A stretch of 55,847 nt of DNA from a virus (Duplodnaviria > Caudoviricetes). This document shows positions 18,509 to 28,211 of this stretch, piece by piece. The notes beneath the pieces are model-generated. The model was not told the DNA's origin and made no database searches. It worked only from the letters and a program-made list of their open reading frames with translations. A program made the translations under genes and the position numbers. The DNA lies in the IMG/VR virus record IMGVR_UViG_3300038301_000366, positions 1-55,847 of that record; one strand, 5' to 3'. The first letter of the stretch is position 1. The number at the start of each line of letters is the position of its first letter.

Positions 18509-19225
18509 ATGCCTTTTATTTGTATGCCCACAGTACCTAATAAAACAGATGAGGTTTTGGTTCAGATCACTGATCTATTTCCTCACAAAACTCAATCAAA
18601 CGCTACCCTAAATCCTAACTTTCAAGGACCTCGTTATCAACGAGCGATCTACAATGGGGCTTTAGTTAAGACTGTCGTTCTTGAAGCTGATTTCACAGTG
18701 AAAACTACGGTTTCGGGTCTTTCTGCATACTTGATTTCTACGATAGAAGTTACAAGCGATGCAAATGATATTGGTCTAACTCCTGCCCAAGCAGACGCTA
18801 TCGCAACTGCTATCATTGGTCAGGTCGGTTATGCTTCTTCTCTAACTGTCGCTGTTATCAATGCTCTTATCCAAGCTACTACAGTTGATGGGGGTGATGC
18901 TGATGGTATTGGGAAGGGTAACAGCACTGCGACTGTTTTAGAGATTCTTCAGATTCTTTCAGGCAGTCGTGTTTATACCTTACCTGCGACTACAGATCTA
19001 GGGAATGAGGGTGCAAACGATGTGTTTATTCCTTTAGACGCTAACATTCAAGCTTCTTTCTTTAGCACCCCTGTTGGAACTAAAGATGTTTCTAGTGCTG
19101 ACGCAAGCTTCTTCACCTCTGCTCGAAGCGGTCAAATCAATCTAGCTCAGTCTAAAAAGACTACTAGTGGTGTCGCTTCCCCTGTTCTCGTTGCTTACAA
19201 CGATGACGGTTCATTAATCCAATAA
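18509..19225 (+). CDS. Putative virion structural protein, paralog 2 of 3
   Basis: ITDLFPHKTQSN...QGPRY; C-terminal AYNDDGSL. Confidence 0.7.
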   Translation: MPFICMPTVPNKTDEVLVQITDLFPHKTQSNATLNPNFQGPRYQRAIYNGALVKTVVLEADFTVKTTVSGLSAYLISTIEVTSDANDIGLTPAQADAIATAIIGQVGYASSLTVAVINALIQATTVDGGDADGIGKGNSTATVLEILQILSGSRVYTLPATTDLGNEGANDVFIPLDANIQASFFSTPVGTKDVSSADASFFTSARSGQINLAQSKKTTSGVASPVLVAYNDDGSLIQ

Positions 19226-19240
19226 GTTAGGAGTTAGAAA

Positions 19241-19918
19241 ATGCCTAATCCAGTTATTTGCTTAAGGGATGAAACTATCCCTAATAATAGTTTTCAGATT
19301 ACTGATCTCTTTCCAAACCGTTCACAGAGAAACCCTGTGGTTGACCCTGCGGCACAAGGACCTCGTTATCTCAGACAACCTGAGAATAATATTCCTGTCG
19401 TAGCTAACAATGCTGTTTCTAAGGCTGTGAGTGGTCTTACTGCTTACCTGTTGACCACAATAGATGTTCAAGCAGGTGGGGCTAATCCTACTCCTGCCCA
19501 AGCTAGCGACATGGCGGGTACGTTATTAAAAAGAATGAGAAATGGGAATGAACTCACTCTCGCCAAAATAAATGATGCGATCCAAGCAGCGGGTAATGGT
19601 CAAGACTTTAATAATACAGGTATCGTTGGTACAGGTGATTCCACTGCTACTGTTCAGAATATCTTGAGCATTCTTGGTGGTGCGAACTTTACTGTTTCAG
19701 CAGGTACGAGTGTCGCTGATAGCTATCTTACAGAGGCACAACAGACTTCAGCTTTCAACAGCAATGTCTATCAAGCGATTGACCCAAGTGATTCAAGCTT
19801 TTATCTTTCTGTAGCGAGAGGTCAGCTTTCTGTGGCTAAATCATCTAGCACAGACGCTAAAGGTAATGTTCTTTACCCTCAGTGTGTGTTATATAAAGCA
19901 GACGGTACTTTACTTTAA
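19241..19918 (+). CDS. Putative virion structural protein, paralog 3 of 3
   Basis: ITDLFPNRSQRN..VDP..QGPRY; C-terminal LYKADGTL. Confidence 0.7.
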   Translation: MPNPVICLRDETIPNNSFQITDLFPNRSQRNPVVDPAAQGPRYLRQPENNIPVVANNAVSKAVSGLTAYLLTTIDVQAGGANPTPAQASDMAGTLLKRMRNGNELTLAKINDAIQAAGNGQDFNNTGIVGTGDSTATVQNILSILGGANFTVSAGTSVADSYLTEAQQTSAFNSNVYQAIDPSDSSFYLSVARGQLSVAKSSSTDAKGNVLYPQCVLYKADGTLL

Positions 19919-19932
19919 GAATTTATGGGGGT

Positions 19933-20160
19933 TTGGGTTTGAAAATCGCACTTCAGGATAAGAGGGCAGTCGGAGCTTTCCTTAAGAAAAGCTCTTTTGA
20001 CGGTCGAGTTTTGACCTCAGATGGTTTATGTTTAACAGCCAAGTGGGGAAAGAAACCTTTAGTTGCGAAGTGGGATAAAAAAGGTAAGCTTGTTATAATT
20101 CCCTCTGAGGACAGAGGAGTGAAGAAGGCTCAAAATCTTGTCTTAGATTTAAGAGACTAA
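19933..20160 (+). CDS. Hypothetical basic protein
   Basis: 75-aa ORF filling a gap in the operon; TTG start uncertain. Confidence 0.55.
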   Translation: MGLKIALQDKRAVGAFLKKSSFDGRVLTSDGLCLTAKWGKKPLVAKWDKKGKLVIIPSEDRGVKKAQNLVLDLRD

Positions 20161-20162
20161 AG

Positions 20163-20402
20163 ATGATGAAGTATAAAACTTCTGATCTTTATTTTTCAGC
20201 TTATCTGAAAACTGCGGGTGTTCGTTTTGTGAGTACAGAGAAAGAAGGAAATAAGGTCTTCTTTATCTTTGAGAAAACGGACATGATACGAGACTTAAAA
20301 AGAGAATACTTTAACAGAACGGCTCGTATTCCTGCTTTGAGTTTTGTTGATGAAATAAGAAGTATGAAGTCTTTGACTTATATGGCTCGTCAAGACCATT
20401 AA
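20163..20402 (+). CDS. DUF5659-like small protein
   Basis: TSDLYFSAYLKTAG....K.G.KVFFIFE pattern. Confidence 0.6.
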   Translation: MMKYKTSDLYFSAYLKTAGVRFVSTEKEGNKVFFIFEKTDMIRDLKREYFNRTARIPALSFVDEIRSMKSLTYMARQDH

Positions 20403-20445
20403 AACTACTTCAGGGATTCGAGGAGTATGTTAGCTATTTTACTTC

Positions 20446-21285
20446 TCATATCTTAACCATCCCTCTTTTAGTAGCTTCCTCATCTGAGAAAGGGAGCTTC
20501 GTGTATTTATTATATTTAGCGTCAGTGAGGTCAGCTTCAGTGAGGTCAGCTTTTGTGAGGTTAGCGTCAGTGAGGTTAGCGGATCTGAGGTCAGCGAATC
20601 TGAGGTTAGCTAATGTGAGGTTGGCGAATCTGAGGTCAGCGAATCTGAGGTCAGCTTCAGTGAGGTTAGCTTCATAGAGGTCAGCGTATGTGAGGTCAGC
20701 TTTTATGAGGTTAGCTTTTATGAGGACAGCGAATCTGAGGTTAGCGGATCTGAGGTAAGCGTTTCTGAGGTGAGCGTCAGTGAGGTTGGCTAATCTGAGG
20801 TTAGCGTTTCTGAGGTTAGCTCCTGTGGGGGTAGCGAATCTGAGGTCAGCGTTTGAGAGGTCAGCGTTTGCGAGGTCAGCGTCAGTGAGGTTAGCGTCAG
20901 TGAGGTCAGCGTCAGTGAGGTCAGCGTCAGTGAGGTCAGCTTCAGTGAGGTCAGCGGATCTGAGGTTAGCTTCTCTGAGGTTAGCTTCTCTGAGGTCAGC
21001 TAATGTGAGGTTGGCGGATCTGAGTCTTGCTTCATAGAGGTTGGCTTCAGTGAGGTCAGCTTTTATGAGGTTAGCGTTTCTGAGGTTAGCTTTTATGAGG
21101 TTAGCGTTTCTGAGGTTAGCTTCAGAGAGGTCAGCGTCAGTGAGGTTGGTTTCGCTAAGATCAGTGTTTCTTAAATCCCACCCTGAGAAGTCCTGACCTG
21201 AGAGATCTTGACCTTCAAGACCCTTAATCATTTCTTCCTCTAGTTGGGCTACTCTTTCCATTAAGTTAGCTATCTTGTTTCTCAT
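20446..21285 (-). CDS. Pentapeptide-repeat protein with a coiled-coil leader
   Basis: About 45 A(D/N)Lxx pentads; N-terminus MRNKIANLMERVAQLEEE; AGGGAG RBS. Confidence 0.95.
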   Translation of the reverse strand: MRNKIANLMERVAQLEEEMIKGLEGQDLSGQDFSGWDLRNTDLSETNLTDADLSEANLRNANLIKANLRNANLIKADLTEANLYEARLRSANLTLADLREANLREANLRSADLTEADLTDADLTDADLTDANLTDADLANADLSNADLRFATPTGANLRNANLRLANLTDAHLRNAYLRSANLRFAVLIKANLIKADLTYADLYEANLTEADLRFADLRFANLTLANLRFADLRSANLTDANLTKADLTEADLTDAKYNKYTKLPFSDEEATKRGMVKI

Positions 21286-21322
21286 GTTCTTTAACTCCCT
21301 ATTTATTAAAAGTAGATAAGCT

Positions 21323-21335
21323 ATAGAACATTTAT
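21323..21335. promoter_or_regulatory. Late motif readable on both strands (ATAGAACATTTAT / ATAAATGTTCTAT) in a divergent gap
   Basis: Fits ATA-N6-YTAT in both orientations. Confidence 0.5.
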
Positions 21336-21372
21336 TAACCCTCCTGTTTGAACACTTAGAAAGAGGATTGTT

Positions 21373-22116
21373 ATGAGATCTTTCATTGTATTTTTTATTA
21401 TTATTCTCACCCCCCTTCTTTCCTTTGGTCAGGTTAATATTGAAGATTTAAGAGGAGGGTCGAAAGAGGGGTTTTCAGGGACTATTGATGTAGGCTTCGA
21501 GAGGCTTACAGGGAACAATGACGTTTTAACTTATGCTCTAAAAAACAGAGTCGATTATGTCCAAAAGACACACCATATCTTTCTTCAACTCAGCTCTGAA
21601 AAGGGAGTTAATGAAGGGGTGGACTTTAAGGATGAAGCTTTTGCTCATTTGAGATGGACAACTATGTGGTGGGGTTTTGCAGGTACGGACTTCTTCATTC
21701 AAAGTCAATATGATGACTTTAAGGACTTAAAAATACGTCAGCTTGAGGGAGGGTATTTAAGACTTGTCTCTCCCTTATTTGATGGGGAAGTAGCTTTAGG
21801 TTTAGGTGCGATGTCTGAATATGAGCAACTGAAAGAAGGTGGGGGTGAAGGCTTTACTACTCGATTTACAAACTACGTTTCTTTAACTGAGAAATGGTTT
21901 GGAGGTAAACTCAAGATGTCTTTAACAGGTTATTATCAACCCAAAGTGGAGGATCACTCTGATTATCGTATGACTGCTGTAGGTCAAGTGGGCGTAAACA
22001 TTATCGGTGGTTTCTCTATACTTCCTAGTTTTAAGTATTCTTATGATTCCAAACCCCCTAAAGGTGTTGTCGTAGATGATCTTCAGTTAAAGCTTTATAT
22101 GAGATACCATTGGTAG
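21373..22116 (+). CDS. Outer-membrane beta-barrel protein, DUF481/YdiY-like
   Basis: Sec signal peptide, G....GN N-terminal strand, alternating amphipathic strands, YDSKPP.GV, terminal beta-signal LYMRYHW. Confidence 0.8.
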   Translation: MRSFIVFFIIILTPLLSFGQVNIEDLRGGSKEGFSGTIDVGFERLTGNNDVLTYALKNRVDYVQKTHHIFLQLSSEKGVNEGVDFKDEAFAHLRWTTMWWGFAGTDFFIQSQYDDFKDLKIRQLEGGYLRLVSPLFDGEVALGLGAMSEYEQLKEGGGEGFTTRFTNYVSLTEKWFGGKLKMSLTGYYQPKVEDHSDYRMTAVGQVGVNIIGGFSILPSFKYSYDSKPPKGVVVDDLQLKLYMRYHW

Positions 22117-22135
22117 AAAGAACAAGGAGAAAGTT

Positions 22136-23137
22136 ATGAATCGTCAAGCAAGTGTATTTAATGTCTTAATGGCACATGAACAGAACCGAAAGATCCGCAG
22201 AGCTATAGTCGCTTCTGGGAACGTCAGAGAAATGGATCAAATGAGGCGTGTTTTTTCGACTCTTTTGAACAGCTCTAAAGTAGCTTCAGTTGACGCTACT
22301 TTTTGGGAGGATGCTGATGACTACTTAAAAGATGAAAGAACTCAGAATGAAGTGAAAGAAGGTCTTGGTACTGCTTATCTGACTAGAATCATTAATGAAT
22401 ATAAAGAGAGATTCTCAAGGAAGTTCAGTGGTCCTTTCTCTTTGATTAGCGATGTTATGAAAGAAAGAGGTTTAGTGGGTAAGATTCATACTTTTGTGGA
22501 TAAAGCTCAAAAACCAAAAACACCTTATGAGGCAAAGATTGCAGAGAGCTTGAAGAAAGCAGGTGACTTTAGTTCGACTCTGAAAATGATGGGTCAGTTA
22601 ATTTCTGCAAGAACACCTCAAGAGGTTGGGGTATTGACGGGTTCTTCTTATGACGAGATGAGAGAGTACTTTAATGTAGGGGAAGACACTACTTCCGATT
22701 GGGCACTCACTAAGATGGAAGACCTTTCTCAATATATAGTAAGCACCCCTGACACTAAACTACTCGTTGTGAAAATTGGGATCACGATTCTTAAAATATC
22801 ATTGATCGCTTTACTTGCGAAAACCGCTTTAGCTACCGTTGGTTTAGGCATCCTGAAAGTCGTTGGGGTTGTCTTGCTTATTGTTTTAATTACCGACTCA
22901 ACAGCAACGGCTCAAATTATAAGAAAGATGGGTGTTTCTTTTGCAACTGTAGGGCTAGGTGTCATTAAAGATCTTGGTAAAACCTTTAAGTTTTTAGGTC
23001 GAACCACACGAGACTTCTATGAGAAAGGTAAGGGTTGGTTGAAGAAAATCTTCCGAAAGGCTGCACTTCGTAAGATTGATTGGCTTTTGGAGAACAACCA
23101 TAACTTTAGACGCTCTTACTTGCTTACCTCTATTTAA
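22136..23137 (+). CDS. Hypothetical membrane protein with (K/R)xA(S/A) sites
   Basis: Long hydrophobic hairpin LLVVKIGITILKISLIALLAKTALATVGLGILKVVGVVLLIVLI; MNRQAS, KVAS, RKAA. Confidence 0.65.
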   Translation: MNRQASVFNVLMAHEQNRKIRRAIVASGNVREMDQMRRVFSTLLNSSKVASVDATFWEDADDYLKDERTQNEVKEGLGTAYLTRIINEYKERFSRKFSGPFSLISDVMKERGLVGKIHTFVDKAQKPKTPYEAKIAESLKKAGDFSSTLKMMGQLISARTPQEVGVLTGSSYDEMREYFNVGEDTTSDWALTKMEDLSQYIVSTPDTKLLVVKIGITILKISLIALLAKTALATVGLGILKVVGVVLLIVLITDSTATAQIIRKMGVSFATVGLGVIKDLGKTFKFLGRTTRDFYEKGKGWLKKIFRKAALRKIDWLLENNHNFRRSYLLTSI

Positions 23138-23149
23138 GGGAGATTAGTT

Positions 23150-24697
23150 ATGTATAAGCGTTCTTGTGTTATTGCTCTCTCTGACATAAACGGAAAGAAG
23201 TTTATGTTTAAAAACAGAGATAGAAATTATACACCCCAACTAAAAATCTATCACACCATGAGAAATGGTGTTGAAATGGTGTACTTCAGAGATGAACACA
23301 CGGGTTGGGTTGAGGGTATAAATGAATATGGGATTGGAATCTCTAACTCTGCTCTTATGGTTATTTGGGATGAGAAAGAGGGTAAGGGTGGTAAAAAGAA
23401 GAAAGATAACATTACATTAGGTGCTTTAGGCTCTAGGGATGCAAGTAGAATCCTTAAGACTTTAGAGTGCCGTACTTTTGAAGACGCTTTAGAGACAGTA
23501 ATACACTATGATGGAGGTGTGCGTGGGCATACCTTTCTTTCCGATGGAGTTGAGGCTAGGTCAGTAGAGCATACAGCTAAACATAAAGCTTTTATTTCAG
23601 ACTTGAGTGCAGGTAAACATCATGTCCGATCTAATCATGGTGATAACTACCCCGATGCAGGATACACAATAGGTGAGAACAAAGAGAGTTCGCATACTAG
23701 GTTAAAGAAAGTGTTTGACACTCTTTCTGAAGTAGAATCACCTGAAGACTTGATTAAACAGCTTTATGCACAAAGGTTTGAAGACCCTACTTCTCCATTT
23801 AATGTCGTTCGCAGGACTGATAATATGTATACAAGCAGTCAGCTCATCTACGATTTTGAGGAGAAGAAAATCTCTCTCTATCTAGTTCCTGAAGACTGTG
23901 ATTATTTAGGGTATGTAAAAGACTTTAGTCATCAAGGTGTTTGTTCTTTTGATGTGTATAGATTAGGATACTTTAATAGTGATGGGTCTTTTAGAATTAA
24001 AAAGATTAAAGCAAACCCTGTTCGAGTAGCGAATCGTGTTAAAATGGCTTCGAGACAAAAAGCAGATAAGAAGGCTATAGCCCCTATCATTAAAAAAAAG
24101 ATTCTGAATATCTTTGATAAAGAGGAACGTAGCAGTGCTATGTATAAGCACTTTGAAGAACAGTTTGGTGTGGGTAACAAAGACCCTTTGATAAACAGAG
24201 ATGAGTCTCTCTTTATAGAGTGGGTTCAGAATCTTGAAGAAGATATCCCCCCTAAGTTTTGGAGATCATTATATTTAATTCCTGAAGATGGTTTATCTTG
24301 GGAAGCTGAAGATGTTTCTTTAGTTGGTGATTTAGAATGGGCGATAGACAAACGAGGGACTTATATCTGTGGTAAAGCACTTGTTTCGGGTTTGTGGGAG
24401 ATGTCGGGAGTGGGGAGAGAAGCGTATGTTGCCTACAGTGGAGAGTTCCCCATATATTCTCATCAGGAATGGTATTTGCGTGGGCTTGACCCTGAGATTG
24501 ATAAGCTTTGGGAAAAGTTCAAAAACTTTTTAAAATTGAAAACAGCACCTAATGGGGAATCTAAAGGTGGGGGTAAAATCTCTAGGGGTTGGGAAGGTAA
24601 ATATCACTTTAGTAAAGTGGTCAGCTTTTGCTTCCCTGTTTTTGAAGATAAACTGTTAGATATACAATATAAATTTCATATCGGAATTTTACCTTAA
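23150..24697 (+). CDS. Ntn-hydrolase (C45/C59/C69-like cysteine amidase/peptidase) fused to an unknown C-terminal domain
   Basis: Near-N-terminal Cys (MYKRS-C), FKNRDRNY, EGINEYGIGISN, RSNH. Confidence 0.75.
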   Translation: MYKRSCVIALSDINGKKFMFKNRDRNYTPQLKIYHTMRNGVEMVYFRDEHTGWVEGINEYGIGISNSALMVIWDEKEGKGGKKKKDNITLGALGSRDASRILKTLECRTFEDALETVIHYDGGVRGHTFLSDGVEARSVEHTAKHKAFISDLSAGKHHVRSNHGDNYPDAGYTIGENKESSHTRLKKVFDTLSEVESPEDLIKQLYAQRFEDPTSPFNVVRRTDNMYTSSQLIYDFEEKKISLYLVPEDCDYLGYVKDFSHQGVCSFDVYRLGYFNSDGSFRIKKIKANPVRVANRVKMASRQKADKKAIAPIIKKKILNIFDKEERSSAMYKHFEEQFGVGNKDPLINRDESLFIEWVQNLEEDIPPKFWRSLYLIPEDGLSWEAEDVSLVGDLEWAIDKRGTYICGKALVSGLWEMSGVGREAYVAYSGEFPIYSHQEWYLRGLDPEIDKLWEKFKNFLKLKTAPNGESKGGGKISRGWEGKYHFSKVVSFCFPVFEDKLLDIQYKFHIGILP

Positions 24698-24708
24698 GGA
24701 GAGTTTTC

Positions 24709-25299
24709 ATGGACGTTTTTGACCGTATCGCAAGTGAGTTTGTCAAGGAAGCCCGTGTCCCTTCGACTAAGAATATTAAACGAGAGCCTGTTCCTTGTAA
24801 GAACCCTAATACTAAAGGTCCTTGCTACCGTTCGACAGGTAAGCCTTGGACAAAGAAAGAAGTAGAGACTGCTTATAAAGAGTGGAAGGGATCTAAAAAT
24901 TTAGGTAAGGGGGGTGATCTGTGGTCTAAATATGAGGGTGCTTCAACTGGTAATGGCAAACTCAACATAGAAAGAATTAATAAGAACCTTAATGAGATAG
25001 AGGGTGAACTAAACGAAAAGGCTTATACTAAGGGAGATAAAATCAAAAAGTTCTTTGGGAAGAAAAAGAAAGTCGAAAAAGTCTTAGGAATCAGTCGTTC
25101 TACTAAGGGGGGTGATGGAGACCCTAAAAAAAAGAAGCTACGAGAAGATAGAAAGAAGAGCCGACAACAAGGCAAAAACTTTGGAAAGAAGAAACCTAGC
25201 CGTAGAAAAGACCTTGCACAGCATAATAAGAAAGCTTCTTATCGTGAAGCAAGTCAAAGAGTAGCAAATAGATATTTAGCCGTAAGGGGTTGGGTATAA
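24709..25299 (+). CDS. Very basic (K/R/G-rich) protein, candidate internal DNA-associated head protein
   Basis: Composition; N-terminal DRIASEFVKEA and C-terminal KKAS..EASQRVANRYL tags. Confidence 0.6.
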   Translation: MDVFDRIASEFVKEARVPSTKNIKREPVPCKNPNTKGPCYRSTGKPWTKKEVETAYKEWKGSKNLGKGGDLWSKYEGASTGNGKLNIERINKNLNEIEGELNEKAYTKGDKIKKFFGKKKKVEKVLGISRSTKGGDGDPKKKKLREDRKKSRQQGKNFGKKKPSRRKDLAQHNKKASYREASQRVANRYLAVRGWV

Positions 25300-25307
25300 T
25301 AGAGGGT
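25293..25307 (+). promoter_or_regulatory. Sigma70-type -10 element GGTATAATAGAGGGT (identical copy at 40683)
   Basis: TATAAT inside a 15-bp sequence that occurs twice, each time about 30-40 nt upstream of a start codon. Confidence 0.55.
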
Positions 25308-25337
25308 CAAAAACAAGTTTGGTGATGAGGATTATTA

Positions 25338-25754
25338 ATGCACACATATGAAAAAAATGGTGACGTTTGGGATGTCTCTAAGTTAATAGAACTTTCAGGA
25401 AAGAAAGAAGCAACTGATTGGGAAATACCTTCTGACTTTTTAGAGGGATGGTCATGGGGTGATAGTCATTTATCTGATCATATTCTTAGATGCTTGAAGG
25501 CTGATATGTCTTGTCCTGTGTTGGTTTGTGATGGCCTAGTCGTTGACGGTTGTCACCGTATATGTCGAACAATTTCTTTAGGTCACCGAATCATTAAAGC
25601 TGTCGATTTAACTGATTGTATGCCCCCTCCCGATTGGAGAGAAGAAGTTGAGGAAATCCAAGACAGTAAATGGGTTTTTGGGGATATGGTTAAGGTTTTA
25701 AGTTCTTTTGATCGAGTTCAAGAAGACTTTAGGCATCCTATAGACGGCATTTAA
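25338..25754 (+). CDS. ParB/sulfiredoxin-like domain protein
   Basis: ADMSCPVLVCDGLVVDGCHRI (P-x-x-V...DGxHR). Confidence 0.7.
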   Translation: MHTYEKNGDVWDVSKLIELSGKKEATDWEIPSDFLEGWSWGDSHLSDHILRCLKADMSCPVLVCDGLVVDGCHRICRTISLGHRIIKAVDLTDCMPPPDWREEVEEIQDSKWVFGDMVKVLSSFDRVQEDFRHPIDGI

Positions 25755-25759
25755 GTTTG

Positions 25760-25772
25760 ATAGTCCTTCTAT
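25760..25772 (+). promoter_or_regulatory. Putative late promoter motif (ATAGTCCTTCTAT)
   Basis: Exact ATA-N6-YTAT upstream of the neck gene. Confidence 0.55.
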
Positions 25773-25812
25773 CTTTTCTCTATTTTAAACTAGAGAGGAA
25801 GGAGATAAAGCG

Positions 25813-26709
25813 ATGTCTGTTTTATTTAAGCGGAATCAGATCCTTGGGAGAGGTGACTTAGATGTATTTCTTACTAACTCAAGTGGGAATGTTTCTAATG
25901 CCGCCGAGATCACTTATGCTCTTTATTACGTTGACCCAACCCCACCTGAAGCGGAAGTCTTAATCGGCAATGCTACGAGAGAGCCTGAGAATCCTTCAGT
26001 TGGTGAGTACTATGCAAGTGTGAGAATACCCCCTACAGCGAGTTATGGTACTTATAGGATCAGATGGTCTCTGAAAGAGTTAGTCAACAGCCCTGCTCAG
26101 ACAGTGGTTCAAGAGTTTGAGATTGTCTCGAATGATCTTTCTTTAGTGGTTACAATGAACCCTGCTGAAAGAGATATGGTAGACAAACTAAGACTTCTTT
26201 TAAGAGACCAAAATCCTGACAAATACTACCATTTTCGACCTCCTGAACATGAATCTAGCATTGGTGCTTACAATCGAGTGTTCGGACAAGTATGGGAAGA
26301 TGCGGAGTTTCTTGAGTACCTAGAAAGAAGTCTCGATTGGTGGAATATGCAACCACCTGAGACAGAAAATCTTAGAAACTTAACTCAGCTAGTTGCTCAG
26401 AAACCTGCGTGGAGAACACCGATCCTTCAAGGTGCGATACAGTTTGCAGCTATGGCGTTGCAAGCAAATTGGATCGTGGATGAGTTTGATTACAGTATCG
26501 GTGGCATTTCTCTTTCTTTAGATAGATCCTCTAAGTATGAAGGTCTTAAATCGAGTGCTGAACAGATGTGGAGTCAAAGCGTTGAAGCAAAAACTCGAAC
26601 CACAAAGTTTATGAGAGGTCTTTCCCAGCCGAAATATGGGATTGGGATAAGAAGTGCGTTCGGGCCGCACGTTGGGAAGGGGGTCCTTTCGCCCAGGAAT
26701 TTCATCTGA
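25813..26709 (+). CDS. Putative head-tail adaptor/neck protein with N-terminal Ig-like domain
   Basis: N-terminal beta domain (GEYYA...GTYRIRW); helical LRLLLRD...WEDAEFLEYLE and YSIGGISLSLD, as in adaptor proteins. Confidence 0.55.
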   Translation: MSVLFKRNQILGRGDLDVFLTNSSGNVSNAAEITYALYYVDPTPPEAEVLIGNATREPENPSVGEYYASVRIPPTASYGTYRIRWSLKELVNSPAQTVVQEFEIVSNDLSLVVTMNPAERDMVDKLRLLLRDQNPDKYYHFRPPEHESSIGAYNRVFGQVWEDAEFLEYLERSLDWWNMQPPETENLRNLTQLVAQKPAWRTPILQGAIQFAAMALQANWIVDEFDYSIGGISLSLDRSSKYEGLKSSAEQMWSQSVEAKTRTTKFMRGLSQPKYGIGIRSAFGPHVGKGVLSPRNFI

Positions 26710-26822
26710 TTTCTTAAAGGTTTACGAGCTTTGGTGGGTGTGGGGTAACCAAAAAAAGTGTTTGACAATCAACTAATGTTTGGTGTATGTATCTGAACTC
26801 AAATAAGAGAAAGGATATATAT

Positions 26823-28211
26823 ATGTCAACTCATTGTCCTGCGTGTAAGAAAGTATTAAAAAAAAAGGCGTTACCCTCTCACATCAAGGGTTGTCTCGAT
26901 TGGAATACAAAGATTGGAGTTCCCTCATCCGAGTTCAACTTTGATGAGTATTTTCAAAGGGGCTTGTATGAGTCGCAACTGATCGAGAATGTAGACTACT
27001 TGTCTTGTAAGATTTGTGGTTATCGTAAGAAGCGTATTGCCGACCATGTAAGAAAGGTGCATGGTTATGATGCGAAAGACTATCGTGCTAAGTATAACGC
27101 CCTAACCTCAATCCCCAAGATAAATGAGAAGCGTAAGGCTACGGTCAAAGATCGTTATGGAGTAGATAATGTATTCCAAGATACATCGGTAAAAGAAAAG
27201 TCCAAAGAGACAAATCTTAAGCGTTATGGGGTATCTCACATTGCCCATAGTGAAGAGATCAAAGAGAAGCGTAAAGCGACCAACCTAAAGCGTTATGGTG
27301 CAGAGAATGGGTTTGCTTCGGAGATCATCAAGGAACGCATTAAGGAGACAAATCTTAAGCGTTATGGGGTGGGGAATCCTAATCAGTGTGATGAGGTATT
27401 ACAGAAGCGTATCAAGACAAATCTTGAGCGTTATGGTGTTAAGCACTATGTTGAGACTGACGAGTTCCAAGAGAAGTTTAAGGAATCGAGCTTAGATCGT
27501 TACGGTGTTGATCACCCTATGAAGAGTGAGGTGCTACAACAAAGAAACAAGCAAGCGATGGTTGAGGCTCATGGTGTAGAATACCCTTCACAAGTTCCTT
27601 GGTTTGCGTCCAAGTCTAAGTCTACTTACCTTGAGAGATATGGTGTTGAACACCATACACAGACACAAGATTTCCTTGAGAAGAGAAGGGCAACTTGTCT
27701 TGAGCGTTATGGTGTGGATAATCCTTCTAAGGCACAAGAGGTCAAGGATCGTATTAAAGAGACTTGGTTGGAGAATTATGGAGTACCATTCCCACCTCAG
27801 AGTTTGCAGAGTACCTTTGATTTCCCTAACAAGTTGGAGAGGTACTTTGACTCGATTACGCCTGAGAGGTTGGTCTATGCAGGGGATCACTCTTATTGGC
27901 TAAGACACAAGGGTGCGAGCGGAGCGAGAAATCCCGACTTCATCTATTTGTCCGAGAGTCAGTATGAGAGTTATGTAGGGGGTGCTAACTTGAATGACTT
28001 GCGAGTGTATAAGGTGGTGGAGGTCTTTGGTGACTATTGGCATGGGGAATCAAAGACAGGAAAGAGCAATGAAGAACATGAGAAAGAGGTTATGGACTAC
28101 TATGCTCGTTGTGGGGTGTCTTGTCTTGTGATTTGGGAGGGTGATATACATAAGGACGAGGTTTCAGTTATAAGTAATGTGGTTGACTTCGTTGAAGGTA
28201 GTTTTATCTGA
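26823..28211 (+). mobile_element. Free-standing putative homing endonuclease: Zn-finger, (K/R)xTNLxRYGV repeats and a Vsr/EDxHD-like nuclease domain
   Basis: About 10 imperfect RYGV repeats; NPDFI...VVEVFGDYWHG...VIWE; ATG at 26823 behind AAGGA; visibly more AAG/GAG codons than the flanking genes. Confidence 0.72.

Noticed and set aside
20500-21160. Dense 15-bp periodic DNA resembling a CRISPR array or satellite
   Set aside because: No unique spacers; fully explained by the minus-strand pentapeptide-repeat CDS. The + strand ORF 20780..21037 is its antisense shadow.
26762-26791. Full sigma70 promoter for the endonuclease
   Set aside because: TTGACA is perfect, but there is no convincing -10 hexamer at 16-18 nt spacing, so it is not listed as a feature.
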